A stretch of 46,161 nucleotides of DNA from the NCBI GenBank assembly GCA_963803975.1, contig CAWDOY010000030.1:1-46161 (forward strand), in the 5' to 3' direction. The notes under the pieces are model-generated. The model saw nothing but the letters and a program-made list of their open reading frames with translations, made no database searches and was not told the origin of the DNA. Position 1 is the stretch's first letter. The number at the start of each line of letters is the position of its first letter. Positions 18,763 to 28,837 of the stretch are shown in pieces. The translations under genes and the position numbers were made by a program. Origin of the DNA: an uncultured delta proteobacterium (GTDB taxonomy: Bacteria; Desulfobacterota; WTBG01; CAIYCZ01).

Positions 18763-18992
18763 TATATCCAACTAACATAAGTACACTGTTGTTGAGCTTT
18801 TAATTCCCTGAACACCGGGACCTTTTTCTGAGTAATTGTGGTAAAGCAGTTGCAGTAGAAAACAAATCGCAACCATGGTGTTTCGCTCAGACCGTGGCTG
18901 CGATTTTTCATTTCAGGGCATACAACACAGGCTGTACACATTCAGGATCCGCCAAAGGCGGAGATTTAAAACAAGAATGAAAGGAAATTTTT

Positions 18993-19193
18993 ATGGAAAA
19001 TGGAACAGTAAAATGGTTTAACGAGGCAAAAGGATTTGGTTTTATTGAACGTTCAAGCGGGGAGGACGTTTTTGTCCACTACTCAGCAATTGAAGGTAAC
19101 GGTCACAAAAGCCTTAACGAGGGTGACAGCGTTACCTTTGAAGTTCAGAAAGGGCCAAAAGGTCTTCAGGCTGTAAACGTCACGAAGGCTTAG
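18993..19193 (+). CDS. cspA: Cold-shock protein
   Basis: [35 protein letters not shown]. Confidence 0.97.
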   Translation: MENGTVKWFNEAKGFGFIERSSGEDVFVHYSAIEGNGHKSLNEGDSVTFEVQKGPKGLQAVNVTKA

Positions 19194-19206
19194 TTACATA
19201 AAGACT

Positions 19207-19248
19207 ACACAAATCCCAATCTGCTGAGCGACAGATTGGGATTTGTGT
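19207..19248 (+). terminator. 17-bp stem hairpin after csp
   Basis: ACACAAATCCCAATCTG / CAGATTGGGATTTGTGT perfect inverted repeat. Confidence 0.75.
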
Positions 19249-19551
19249 CTCTTACAATAATCACGAAGTGACCGATTGCATGCTGCGCAAGCCCCGCTTT
19301 TTAAACGGGGGAAAGAGGCATGTATGGAAAATAGAGCGGTTTATGCTTCGGCTCATACGCATGAAGCATGGATATAGTAAATCAACACAACCCGCACATT
19401 CGACGCACTTCACATTGAACTCCGGTAAGCCCCAGCCCGCTCAGGCGGGGAACTTCACCATATAAAACACCCCAGGAAAAATTAACTGTATAGAATAGGG
19501 ATACAATGAGAAAGTGAGATTTTTCATGGTACATACGAAAGGCAAAGATAT

Positions 19552-20736
19552 ATGAATTCTCAAGCCCTGCAGCTCAGCACCGCAATGGTTGGGCTCTTAG
19601 GCAGGCATCAGATTACTACGGCAACACCAGTACAACAAGAAATAATACCGGCTATATTTGGGGGACAGGACGTCATTGCTCAGTCCGAAACCGGGTCCGG
19701 TAAAACCTTAAGCTTTGCGATTCCGCTCATTGAGCGGATCAAGCGGCGCGATGGGCTGAAAGCACTCGTGATTGTGCCGACACGCGAGCTGGCGATCCAG
19801 ATAGCAACCGAGTTTGTTAAATTTTCACAGGGCAATCATCTGGGCATACTGCCTGTTTACGGCGGGGTATCCATTAATGAGCAGATCCGGAAGCTCGACC
19901 GCACCAATATTATTGTCGGAACCCCCGGGCGGCTTATCGATCTATTGATGCGCGGCGCTTTGTCTCTGGACACGCTTGATTATGTAGTTATAGATGAAGC
20001 GGACCGGATGCTTGATATGGGGTTTATTCAGGATATTGAAAAGATTATACGGCGTGCCCCACGGGAGCGCCAGACGCTGCTTTTCAGCGCAACGATTTCA
20101 GAGGACATTGTGCGCCTGGGGCAGAAGTATCTGCGCGCCCCGAAGCGCGTGCAGCTGGCGTCAAAGTTAAAGCCCGATTTCCTGCGCCAGGCCTATTACC
20201 AGACCAGTGCTGATAAAAAGCTGGAACTCCTGGTCCACCTTCTGCAACGGGAGCGGGACCTGTCCCTGGTGTTCTGCAACCGCAAGCACAAGACTGAGGC
20301 AGTAGCCAAACAGCTCAGCCGCAGCGGTATTAAGGCTCGCTGCCTGAATGGCGGCATGACGCAGCAACAGCGCGAGCGCGTGACCGCTGATTTTCGCTAT
20401 AAAACATTTAACGTGCTGGTCGCAACCGATGTTGCTGCACGCGGCTTGCATATTGATGATATTTCCCATGTATATAATTATGATATTCCCCGGGATATCG
20501 AATCATACACCCACCGGGTGGGGCGCACCGCGCGCGCCGGTAACCGTGGCAAGGCAATATCCCTGGTTGACCATGGTGAGGATAAACGATTTTTCAAGCA
20601 GATCCTTTCCGCGTATCGCGGCGCTATTGAAATGAAAACGGTTCATGACGGTGAACATGCCAGCCCCGTTAAAATATCAAAAGCAGCACATCAGCCGCAG
20701 AAAAAAACTGTATCTGTCAAAACGTTTGTGCTATAA
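19552..20736 (+). CDS. DEAD-box RNA helicase
   Basis: SETGSGKT, PTRELA, GTPGR, DEAD, SAT, TDVAARG, HRVGRTAR. Confidence 0.97.
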   Translation: MNSQALQLSTAMVGLLGRHQITTATPVQQEIIPAIFGGQDVIAQSETGSGKTLSFAIPLIERIKRRDGLKALVIVPTRELAIQIATEFVKFSQGNHLGILPVYGGVSINEQIRKLDRTNIIVGTPGRLIDLLMRGALSLDTLDYVVIDEADRMLDMGFIQDIEKIIRRAPRERQTLLFSATISEDIVRLGQKYLRAPKRVQLASKLKPDFLRQAYYQTSADKKLELLVHLLQRERDLSLVFCNRKHKTEAVAKQLSRSGIKARCLNGGMTQQQRERVTADFRYKTFNVLVATDVAARGLHIDDISHVYNYDIPRDIESYTHRVGRTARAGNRGKAISLVDHGEDKRFFKQILSAYRGAIEMKTVHDGEHASPVKISKAAHQPQKKTVSVKTFVL

Positions 20737-20745
20737 ACAATCAGC

Positions 20746-20781
20746 CTTCATGCTCCGGCACCTGGTGCCGGAGGCATGAAG
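20746..20781 (+). terminator. GC-rich hairpin after the helicase
   Basis: CTTCATGCTCCGGCACC / GGTGCCGGAGGCATGAAG; no T-tail. Confidence 0.5.
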
Positions 20782-20905
20782 CACACAATAATCCGCACAC
20801 TGCTGTTACTCTCACAAGTAATGGTGCGTTTGCCGGCGAAGAACAATAAGAACCTGCTGCCAGCTTCACCAGCTGATGCAGTGGCAGCAAGGCAAGGAGA
20901 GACAT

Positions 20906-22857
20906 TTGAAAAAATTACTTTTGACAACAGTGTGCGGGCCCTTTGGAGTAAATACAGACGACTGTACCGAGCATGTAATGCCTGAGCTTTTCCATGCCCA
21001 GGTTACACGGTCCCAGGGAATTTTCAGCATTCAGGTCAACCTATGTATCATACGGGCTGGAATATATTGCCAAGAACATAAAAACGCCCACGACCGTCCT
21101 CCAGTATCCCACCATGAAGCAGTTTATCAGTGAGGTAAAAAAAGGCTATGATTATGTCGGGATCAGCTTTGTTATTGCAACGTTTGAAAAGGTTAAAAAA
21201 ATGGTCAGGGCAGTGCGGGAAGCTGCTCCCCAGGCAAAAATAGTTTTGGGCGGATACGGGACCGTGCTTCCTGAGTGCGAAGCATACGGTGACTATATCT
21301 GTCGTGAAGAAGGCGTGGCGTTTATGCAGCGGCTTCTGCAGGAAACACCCGATGATATACCGCCGAGCCATGTGGTGTATGCTACCTCGGGAAAAATACT
21401 GGGGTTCCCGGCCATGAAGGGCGCAGTGGTGCTGGCAGGGCTCGGCTGTCCGCACGGGTGTGAATTCTGCGCCACATCGCATTACCACGGCAGGAAGCAC
21501 ATTCCTCTGCTCAAGACCGGTGAGGACATCTACCGGGAAATCAGGCGGGTGCACAAGACCCTGGGCAGTACCAAGCTTCCGATTGGTATTATCGAGGAAG
21601 ATTTCCTTATGCAGAAGCAGCGGGCGCAGGAGTATCTTGATTGTGTTCTGCAGGACCAGGGAGAACCCATACATATCTCCTGCTTTGCCAGCGCCTACTC
21701 CATATCCCAGTGGGACCCCGAGGACCTGGTCAGGATGGGGATTCAATCAATATGGGTGGGGGTGGAATCAAAAGAGGCGCCCTATGCTAAATTAAAAGGG
21801 TTTGATGTAAAAAAGATTTTTGATACCCTCCATGCGCATGGTATCAACACCCTGGCCTCGCTTATCCTGGGCCATGACTTTCATACCGAGGAAAAGGTGT
21901 GGCAGGATTTTGAATACCTCATGTCAATGCGGCCGACGCTGAGCCAGTTCCTTATCCTCGGCCCGACCTGCAACACCCCGCTGTTTGAACGGCTGCAAAA
22001 AGAGGGGCGGCTCCTGGATGTCCCCTATCGTCACTACGACGGTTTTCACCTTATGTTTCAGCACCCCAACATCAGCAAGGAGAAGATGGAGGAGCTGATA
22101 CTTGCTGTCTATGAAGAAGAGTTCAAGCGGCTCGGGCCTTCGGCAGTGCGCTTTGTGGAACGGCAGCTGCAGGGCTATGTCCGGTTCAAGGATTCGTCTG
22201 ATACGCTCCTCAGGAAGCGGGCAGAGCAGTTCCGGCAGGGCTGTCTTGAAGCGCTGCCGCTGTTTTCTACTGCGGTCCGCTATGCTCCGACACCAAGAGG
22301 TGGCAGAAAAGGTACGGGAGCTGCAGCAGGCAGTAATCCAGCAGGTAGGCACCGGCGACTTTATGAATAAGCTAAAGACCATGATAGTACCGGCACTGGC
22401 TTTTGTGGCACAACTCCGAATCAGGTCTGGTGACTATCACCAGCCTACCCTGGGCAGAACCGAGTACCGGATGTCGAAACACGCCCTTATCCCCGGCGTT
22501 CTGCAGGGAAAGGGTGTCTTGAAAATAGATTTGCGGCCCCGGGCTGCAGAACATCAGCCGCTGGTCCTGGACCTGCACGGTGTTTTTGACCGGACAACAG
22601 CAGCCAAATTACGGAAACGGATTGAGAGCTATCTGGAAAAGAACCGGGGCATTCTGGCGATTAACTTCAGCGGGCTGACCAGCATCGAGCGGGAAGCTTT
22701 GCTCAGGTTCTTTAAAAAGCTGCGGGCGTATAATGAACGAATCAAGCTGGTGCGCATCGACAGTCTGAAGACCGAGTGGAGCGATATTGTCAATTATGCA
22801 AAAAGTTATTTTGAGGTTTTAAGCGCTGAAGAGGTTCTGGCCATCGGTGTTGCATAA
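20906..22857 (+). CDS. B12-binding-like radical SAM protein with C-terminal STAS-like domain, frameshifts near 21030 and 22297
   Basis: TTG start behind AAGGAG; YDYVGISF..KIVLGGYG; GCPHGCEFC; WVGVES; tail LVLDLHGVFD...AINFSGLTSIE. Confidence 0.82.
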
Positions 22858-22878
22858 CGCAACAGCTTATTGGAAGAA

Positions 22879-22940
22879 TTTCCGTCAGCGCTGACGGAAA
22901 AAATAAAAGCCATGATAAAAATATTATATCATGGCTTTTG
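22879..22940. terminator. Two hairpins between convergent genes
   Basis: Perfect 22-bp palindrome TTTCCGTCAGCGCTGACGGAAA, then AAAAGCCATGATA / TATCATGGCTTTT. Confidence 0.7.
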
Positions 22941-22964
22941 TGCATGCAGGAAGGTGCTTAGCTC

Positions 22965-23366
22965 TTACGTATACTTTTGAACAACTTTCAGCAGCTCATC
23001 AAAATTAACCGGCTTGGTGAGGAAATCTTCAACGCCGGGCAGAAAGCTTTCTTCCATATCAAGGGAAAAGCGCGAGTTGGTCACCTGATTGATGGCGGTG
23101 AGCATTATAATCGGGATATTCTTATAGTCTCTATACTTGGATGTGGGCCGGTTGCTTCGTATCTGGTTGGCAACCTCAAACCCTTCCGTATCACTGTCCA
23201 TCATGATATCAAGGATAATGAGATCAGGCTTTTCCTCTGCCAGTTTTTTCAGGCACTGTGACCCGTTGTATGCTTCTGCTATATCATAGCCCTTGCTTTT
23301 GAGGACATGTGCCAGGCTGTTGACCTGATCCTGATCATCATCGACGATTAAGATTTTTTTGGCCAT
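22965..23366 (-). CDS. Single-domain response regulator (receiver)
   Basis: KILIVDDD, PDLIILDIMM, IPIIMLTA, FLTKP. Confidence 0.93.
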   Translation of the reverse strand: MAKKILIVDDDQDQVNSLAHVLKSKGYDIAEAYNGSQCLKKLAEEKPDLIILDIMMDSDTEGFEVANQIRSNRPTSKYRDYKNIPIIMLTAINQVTNSRFSLDMEESFLPGVEDFLTKPVNFDELLKVVQKYT

Positions 23367-23519
23367 CTAAACGCTCCGCGTTAAACTCTAATGACTAAAT
23401 ATTCCAATTTCTAAACAAATCAAAACGAATTTCAAAGCTATCTTAGATTTCTATGTAAGAATTGTCAGGGCTTACGGGTTTGGTGCTTAGCTATGTAACA
23501 CGGTCTAATTTTACCAGTA

Positions 23520-24053
23520 CTATTTGTCATCAAGTAGTTTATATACAACGTTTCTCTCTTCCCAGGCTTTTTTCCGCTCGTACATGTCAATGGGGAATTC
23601 CATCTGCTTCAGCTCCACCGGGGCGGACTTTTTATCAACCAGGCCAAGAGCCAGTGCCACGCCGTAAATTATGGCTTCAGGCCGGGGCGGGCAGCCGGGA
23701 ACGAAATAATTAACCGGCACCGCTTTCTCTGCGCCGCCGAGTACATTGTAGCAGTCAAACCACATATTGCCGCCGATGGTGCAGGAGCCGATGCCGAAAA
23801 CAAGTTTCGGCTCAGGCATTGCCGCGTACGCGCGCTTGACCAGGGGCAGTGTCGGCCGGGTAACGGCGCCGGAAATAAGCATCACATCGCCGTGCCGGGG
23901 CGAGGTAACCAGCTTTATGCCGAAGCGCTCGACATCATAGAAGGGCGTGAGCACGTTCAAAATTTCAATGTCGCAGCCGTTACACGCGCCGGAATTGCAA
24001 TGGTATACCCACAGGGATTTGGGAAACATTTTTTTAGCGAGGTTTGATAACAT
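23520..24053 (-). CDS. Group 4 [NiFe]-hydrogenase small subunit (HycG/EchC/NuoB-like)
   Basis: ACNGCDIE, SPRHGD, GSC, PGCPPRPEAI. Confidence 0.93.
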   Translation of the reverse strand: MLSNLAKKMFPKSLWVYHCNSGACNGCDIEILNVLTPFYDVERFGIKLVTSPRHGDVMLISGAVTRPTLPLVKRAYAAMPEPKLVFGIGSCTIGGNMWFDCYNVLGGAEKAVPVNYFVPGCPPRPEAIIYGVALALGLVDKKSAPVELKQMEFPIDMYERKKAWEERNVVYKLLDDK

Positions 24054-24065
24054 CTGCTACTCTCC

Positions 24066-24602
24066 TCATTTCTCAGGGCGTTTGTGTTTTTCAGTCTTTT
24101 CCAGCAGTGCCGTGTCAAGGTGCTCCGTGCTGACGGGAATAAAGGCGCGCATTTCCAGGTTGTCGTAGCGGTACCCTTTCATGCTCATTCTGTCTATGGC
24201 ATTGGTTGTTTCATGCTCATAGCACCTGCCGCAGCGCTTGCAGGTGGCCATAAACAGCTCCATGCTCTGGGTGATGTCGCGCTTGTTCTCGGTTGCAAGC
24301 TCGAAATTATCGGTCATGGTGATGGCATCCTCGGGGCAGACATCAGCGCATCTGCCGCAGTAGGTGCAGCGCCCTCCATCGTAGAGCATCAGCCGTATTT
24401 CCTGGCAGATATCGCGCACCATGATGGTGCGTGCCGGACAGTGGACTGCACAGCCGCCGCAGCCGATGCACTTGTGATGATCCCAGGAGGGCTGGCCCCG
24501 GAAATCGGGCGGTACGGGATGCGGCTCGAATGGATACTTCAAGGTTACCACGCCAGGCGTTAATGCCATCATGACCTGCTTGATTTTACTTGTCAGCCAC
24601 AC
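24066..24602 (-). CDS. 2x[4Fe-4S] subunit (HycF/NuoI-like) with extra CxxC
   Basis: TLKYPFE..FRG.P; CIGCGGCAVHCP; CTYCGRCADVCP; CKRC. Confidence 0.92.
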   Translation of the reverse strand: MWLTSKIKQVMMALTPGVVTLKYPFEPHPVPPDFRGQPSWDHHKCIGCGGCAVHCPARTIMVRDICQEIRLMLYDGGRCTYCGRCADVCPEDAITMTDNFELATENKRDITQSMELFMATCKRCGRCYEHETTNAIDRMSMKGYRYDNLEMRAFIPVSTEHLDTALLEKTEKHKRPEK

Positions 24603-24654
24603 AATGATTCTCCTTAAAGTTAAATCCTGAACAGTCTCTTTAGAATTGTAGCGC

Positions 24655-26328
24655 TCAGTATCTTTTTAACGACAGCGTTTCCAGTTCGGACCTGGAAAGC
24701 ACTGTTACGCCGCCATTCTTTATATCAACAACCTGAACCCGCTCGGTACAGGAAAAGCACGGGTCAATGCTGCCGATAATAATGGGCGCGTCGGCCAGTT
24801 CATTGTTCAGGAGCATGAGCGGCACGCCCTGCAGGTTTGGGTACGTCGGAGCCCGCACCCTCCAGCGCTCAGGACGGTTATCCTCTCCGGTTATCATATA
24901 ATGCACCACTTCACCGCGCGGCGCTTCGACGCCGGCTATGGAATGCTTGAGGGGCGCGACGGGCTCATTGAGTTCGGTGAGAATGGGGCCGTCGTCAGGC
25001 ATCTTATCAAGCGCCTGGCGGATAATATTTATTGCTTCAAAGGTCTCAAGCACCCGCACCAGGACTGTTCCCCAGACATCGCAGGTATCAACCACGGGAA
25101 CGCTGAACTTCATATCATCATAGGCTGCATAGGGATGGTCGCGCCGCGCGTCAATATCTACGCCGCGCGCCCGGGCCACCGGCCCCACCAGGCTCCATTT
25201 GATGGTATCTTCTTTTGTGATATAGCCCACATTTTTAGTTCTTTTGTGGATGGAGGTGTCGCCGATAATGGCATTCTTGATGACCACCAGCTCCTCTTCA
25301 ATCTTTTTCATGACATTGAGGATGTCCTGACTGATTTCCGGGGTGATGTCCCGGCGCACGCCGCCGACCACAATCATGCCGTAGGTTTTGCGGTTTCCGG
25401 TCATCCGTTCGCCCAGCCACATTACCGGCTCTCTGACGCGCCAGGAGTGCATGAAGATGGTGTTGTAGCCGATCAGATGGCCTGCCACACCGAGCCAGAG
25501 CAGGTGGGAGTGGACGCGCTCTATTTCAAGCATGATGGTCCTGATGTATTCCGCCCTGCGGGATATCTTGATGTTGCCCGCAGTTTCAACTGACTGTGCG
25601 TATGAAGTGGCATGCACTGAGCCGCAGATGCCGCAGATGCGTTCCGCCACAAAGGGTATCTCATTGTAGGTAAGCTGGGTCTGGCACAGCTTTTCAATGC
25701 CGCGATGAATCATGAAGCCGCGATAATCACAGCCTTTAATAGTTTCGCCGTCGACAAAAAGGGCAAAATGGGCTGGCTCGTGGAGGGTTGGATGGTACGG
25801 CCCCACCGGCACCACCGTGCACCCGTCAGGGCATTCATCAAGCTGGTAGGCAACACCTTCTGCAGAGGGCGGCTGAATGTTCCAGGGCACTGTTTTCCGC
25901 AGCGGATACAGCCCCTCAGGCCAGTCATCTGAGAGTATCAGGCGCTTTGGCTTGGGATGGCCGGTAAACTTCATGCCCAGATGATCCGCAAACTCCCGCT
26001 CGGACCACCCGGCGTTGGGAATATCAGGAGTTATTGAGTCCATCTCCGGGTTGCCTTCCGGAACAGAGGTTCTCACGCCGCAATAGACATTGTCCCGGTC
26101 AAAGCCGAACGCATGTACCATGCCGAGCGTTTTATCCCGTTCTATATTATCGTAGCCGGTGCTGACCAGATATCTGCCGCCGAGTGCGATCAGCTCATTG
26201 CAGATATCACGCACCTTTTCCTTTTTTATGTCAAAGAAAAGCTGGGTCGCGCAGGTCTGATCAACACCAATGAGCGCATCCTTGAACTTGTTTGAAATCC
26301 GGTTTTTTATCTCTTCAATTTGTGGCAT
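24655..26328 (-). CDS. Group 4 [NiFe]-hydrogenase large subunit (HycE-like NuoC-D fusion)
   Basis: WSERE..GHPKPKRL..DWP; HRGIEK; L1 ERICGICG; L2 DPCFSCTER plus a C-terminal extension. Confidence 0.96.
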   Translation of the reverse strand: MPQIEEIKNRISNKFKDALIGVDQTCATQLFFDIKKEKVRDICNELIALGGRYLVSTGYDNIERDKTLGMVHAFGFDRDNVYCGVRTSVPEGNPEMDSITPDIPNAGWSEREFADHLGMKFTGHPKPKRLILSDDWPEGLYPLRKTVPWNIQPPSAEGVAYQLDECPDGCTVVPVGPYHPTLHEPAHFALFVDGETIKGCDYRGFMIHRGIEKLCQTQLTYNEIPFVAERICGICGSVHATSYAQSVETAGNIKISRRAEYIRTIMLEIERVHSHLLWLGVAGHLIGYNTIFMHSWRVREPVMWLGERMTGNRKTYGMIVVGGVRRDITPEISQDILNVMKKIEEELVVIKNAIIGDTSIHKRTKNVGYITKEDTIKWSLVGPVARARGVDIDARRDHPYAAYDDMKFSVPVVDTCDVWGTVLVRVLETFEAINIIRQALDKMPDDGPILTELNEPVAPLKHSIAGVEAPRGEVVHYMITGEDNRPERWRVRAPTYPNLQGVPLMLLNNELADAPIIIGSIDPCFSCTERVQVVDIKNGGVTVLSRSELETLSLKRY

Positions 26329-26428
26329 ATAAAAACCTCATTAAGGATAGACAAGCAGAATACAGAAAACAGACAACAGATGCATATGCCATCCATTGGC
26401 CTGGCTTTTGTCATCTTACATCTTGCAG

Positions 26429-26935
26429 TTACTGTTTATATACATATTCCTTATTATTGCTGCTTATAATTTCAACAATAATATCCTTTAGCAGATCGGC
26501 ACTCTGTTTCACGTCCTCTGAAAGACCCTGTCCAAAGTCGGTATCTCCTGCTTCAACTCCCAGCAAATAGGTTTTTTTTCCGCTTTCCTCAAGAATTTTT
26601 CCGCACAGGGTTAAGGAGAGCTGGTGTGTCGAATAGCCATTGAGCGCCTCACCGCAGTTAGTAAGCCGGCCAAAGATTATGGATCCGGGAGAGGTGGTGG
26701 ACTTAACCGCGTCGATGATCAGGACGTTTTCGCAGTCAAGCTCGGCAATTTTAAATACATAGCTTTCAATAATATCTTCCACATTCAAGAGCAGCACCTG
26801 GTCGGAACTCACTTTGCTTTGCAGTTCGTCAACCAGGTAGAGCCCGACCGCGTCATCCTTGCGCAGATAGTTCCCCATCCCCACGATGCAGGTCTTTTCC
26901 TTCACCACACCCATGATATCGGTGACCAGGCTCAT
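26429..26935 (-). CDS. hycI: Hydrogenase maturation protease (HycI-like)
   Basis: GMGNYLRKDDAVG, IIDAV, STHQLSL. Confidence 0.9.
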   Translation of the reverse strand: MSLVTDIMGVVKEKTCIVGMGNYLRKDDAVGLYLVDELQSKVSSDQVLLLNVEDIIESYVFKIAELDCENVLIIDAVKSTTSPGSIIFGRLTNCGEALNGYSTHQLSLTLCGKILEESGKKTYLLGVEAGDTDFGQGLSEDVKQSADLLKDIIVEIISSNNKEYVYKQ

Positions 26936-27771
26936 CAGATCTGCTCTCCGAGGGTTTTAATCTGCCGGAAGGTGTACACCGGGCCATCAGTGCAGACCAG
27001 GGTTCTGCCGATGGCGCAGTGCTGGCACTTGCCCACGCCGCACTTCATGTGCCGCTCAAGGGTTGAGATGATGCAGTCATCCCGCAGGCCGCGCTTCAGC
27101 AGCTCGCCAATCACCGTATTGAACATGACCGGCGGCCCGCACACAAAGGCCACGGTATTTTCCACGGGCAGATTTGCCTTGTCAAACAGGGTGTGGACAA
27201 AGCCGACTTCTCCGGTCCATCCGGGAGTGCCCACATCAACCGTGATATAGGTCTCAAAGCCGGGAAACGACTGCCACTCTTTCAGGTTTTCCTTGTACAT
27301 CAGGTCATCGGGCGTGCGCGCCCCGTGCAGCACCAGCACCCTGCCGAATTCCTTTTTATGCTGCAGGACGTGGACTATGGAAGACCGCAGCGGAATCAGG
27401 CCGATGCCGCCCGCGACATAGATAATATTTTTCCCCTTGATCTCTTCAAACGGAAACCCGTTGCCAAACGGCCCCCGGATCCCCACCTTGTCGCCGGCTT
27501 TCAGCTCGTGCAGGGCATTGGTGACTGATCCCACTTTTCTTACCGTGAGATGGAAGCGGTCATTCTCCGGGCTGGGAGGCAGCGAAACAGCAAACTCTCC
27601 GGCCCCGAATATGGTACACATAATGAACTGACCGGACTTTATCTTGAAGTTCTTATCCAGTTCCTTATTATCCAGGGACATATAGAATGTTTTTACGTCC
27701 CGAATCTCGTCCCTTATATCTTCAATGGTTGCCGTCTCGGGGATGGTTACTATTTTTGTACCGTTATTCAT
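26935..27771 (-). CDS. FAD/NAD(P)-binding [2Fe-2S] subunit (AsrB / sulfhydrogenase gamma-like)
   Basis: GQF, RGPFGNGF, VAGGIGLIPLRS, VCGPPVM, ERHMKCGVGKCQHC..VCTDGPV. Confidence 0.92.
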   Translation of the reverse strand: MNNGTKIVTIPETATIEDIRDEIRDVKTFYMSLDNKELDKNFKIKSGQFIMCTIFGAGEFAVSLPPSPENDRFHLTVRKVGSVTNALHELKAGDKVGIRGPFGNGFPFEEIKGKNIIYVAGGIGLIPLRSSIVHVLQHKKEFGRVLVLHGARTPDDLMYKENLKEWQSFPGFETYITVDVGTPGWTGEVGFVHTLFDKANLPVENTVAFVCGPPVMFNTVIGELLKRGLRDDCIISTLERHMKCGVGKCQHCAIGRTLVCTDGPVYTFRQIKTLGEQI

Positions 27772-28835
27772 AGCTGGTCCCTACTTGTGGTTTCGCGTCG
27801 TATGTATTTGACAACGTTGGGCATGCCGATATCACCGGGGCACACCCAGTCGCAGCGGCCGCAGCCGACACAGCCCGGCCGCAGATATTTTTTACTCTGG
27901 GAATAGGAAAGCTTGCAGAAAAAGCGCTTGTTGCGCCGGTCTTCAACGGGTTTGCGCGGGTTGTGGCCGCCGGCCATGCGGGAGTAGCCCTCGTAGGAAC
28001 AGGAGTCCCAGGTGCGCAGGCGGTCGCAGGAACAGTCTCCCGTAGCAGTATCGACCACATTAAAGCACGAGCATGAAGGGCAGACAAAGGAGCAGGCGCC
28101 GCACTCAAAGCACTGGTCACCGACATATTCCCACACTTCTTCCTTGGCAAAGCCGGTTGTGATGCGGTTCATTACCCGCGATACCCAGGCCTTGGATTCA
28201 GTGGAAAATGACTCAAAGAGTGTTATTGATTTATCAACCAGGCGGTTTTTTTCCGCGAGATCCTTATCGGCTGCTTTCCCGAGCTGCAGTTTTTCACAGA
28301 GCGCTTTTCCTTTGGCGCTTCCCGCTTCAATCAGGAAGTTGTCGCCGATGTCGGTCAGATTAAGGTCATAGCCTTCCTCAGCCGCAGGGCCGCTGTCAGT
28401 GCAGACACAGAAACAGTATTTAAACGGTGCCACGCAGGTGTTGGTGACAATGAACATTTTTTTACGGAGGCTGCGGTAGACTTCATCGACAAACTCCTGG
28501 CCGAGAAAGAACCGGTCAAGGCACTGCAGGCCGGTTAAATCACAGGAGCGCAGGCCGAACAGGGCCTTGGGGGTCTCCTTGAAATCCGGTTTCATCTCAA
28601 CCGGTGCATTCCCGCCGGCGTAGCGGTAGGAGAGTATGCGATCAGCCTGGGGAAACACGATATGTTTAGGCGGGGCAGCAGGTATCGGTGCGGAAAGGTT
28701 GATCTCGCTTACATCGTCAACCTTTTCAAAGAAGGTCTGCCCTGATCCCGGTTCTATTACCGGGCCATATACCTGATACTCGGTGCTCAACGCTTTTGCA
28801 ATCTGCAGGATGTCATTTTTTTTAATGAGATACAT
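27768..28835 (-). CDS. [4Fe-4S] subunit (AsrA / sulfhydrogenase beta-like)
   Basis: FGLRSCD, C...CFC, CFECGACSFVCPSCSCF, RTWDSC, CVGCGRCDWVCP; GTGA/ATGA-type overlap with the next gene. Confidence 0.92.
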   Translation of the reverse strand: MYLIKKNDILQIAKALSTEYQVYGPVIEPGSGQTFFEKVDDVSEINLSAPIPAAPPKHIVFPQADRILSYRYAGGNAPVEMKPDFKETPKALFGLRSCDLTGLQCLDRFFLGQEFVDEVYRSLRKKMFIVTNTCVAPFKYCFCVCTDSGPAAEEGYDLNLTDIGDNFLIEAGSAKGKALCEKLQLGKAADKDLAEKNRLVDKSITLFESFSTESKAWVSRVMNRITTGFAKEEVWEYVGDQCFECGACSFVCPSCSCFNVVDTATGDCSCDRLRTWDSCSYEGYSRMAGGHNPRKPVEDRRNKRFFCKLSYSQSKKYLRPGCVGCGRCDWVCPGDIGMPNVVKYIRRETTSRDQL

Positions 28836-28837
28836 GG

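Noticed and set aside
26935..28835. Anaerobic sulfite reductase asrABC
   Set aside because: No asrC in the operon; the genes are embedded among hydrogenase subunits.
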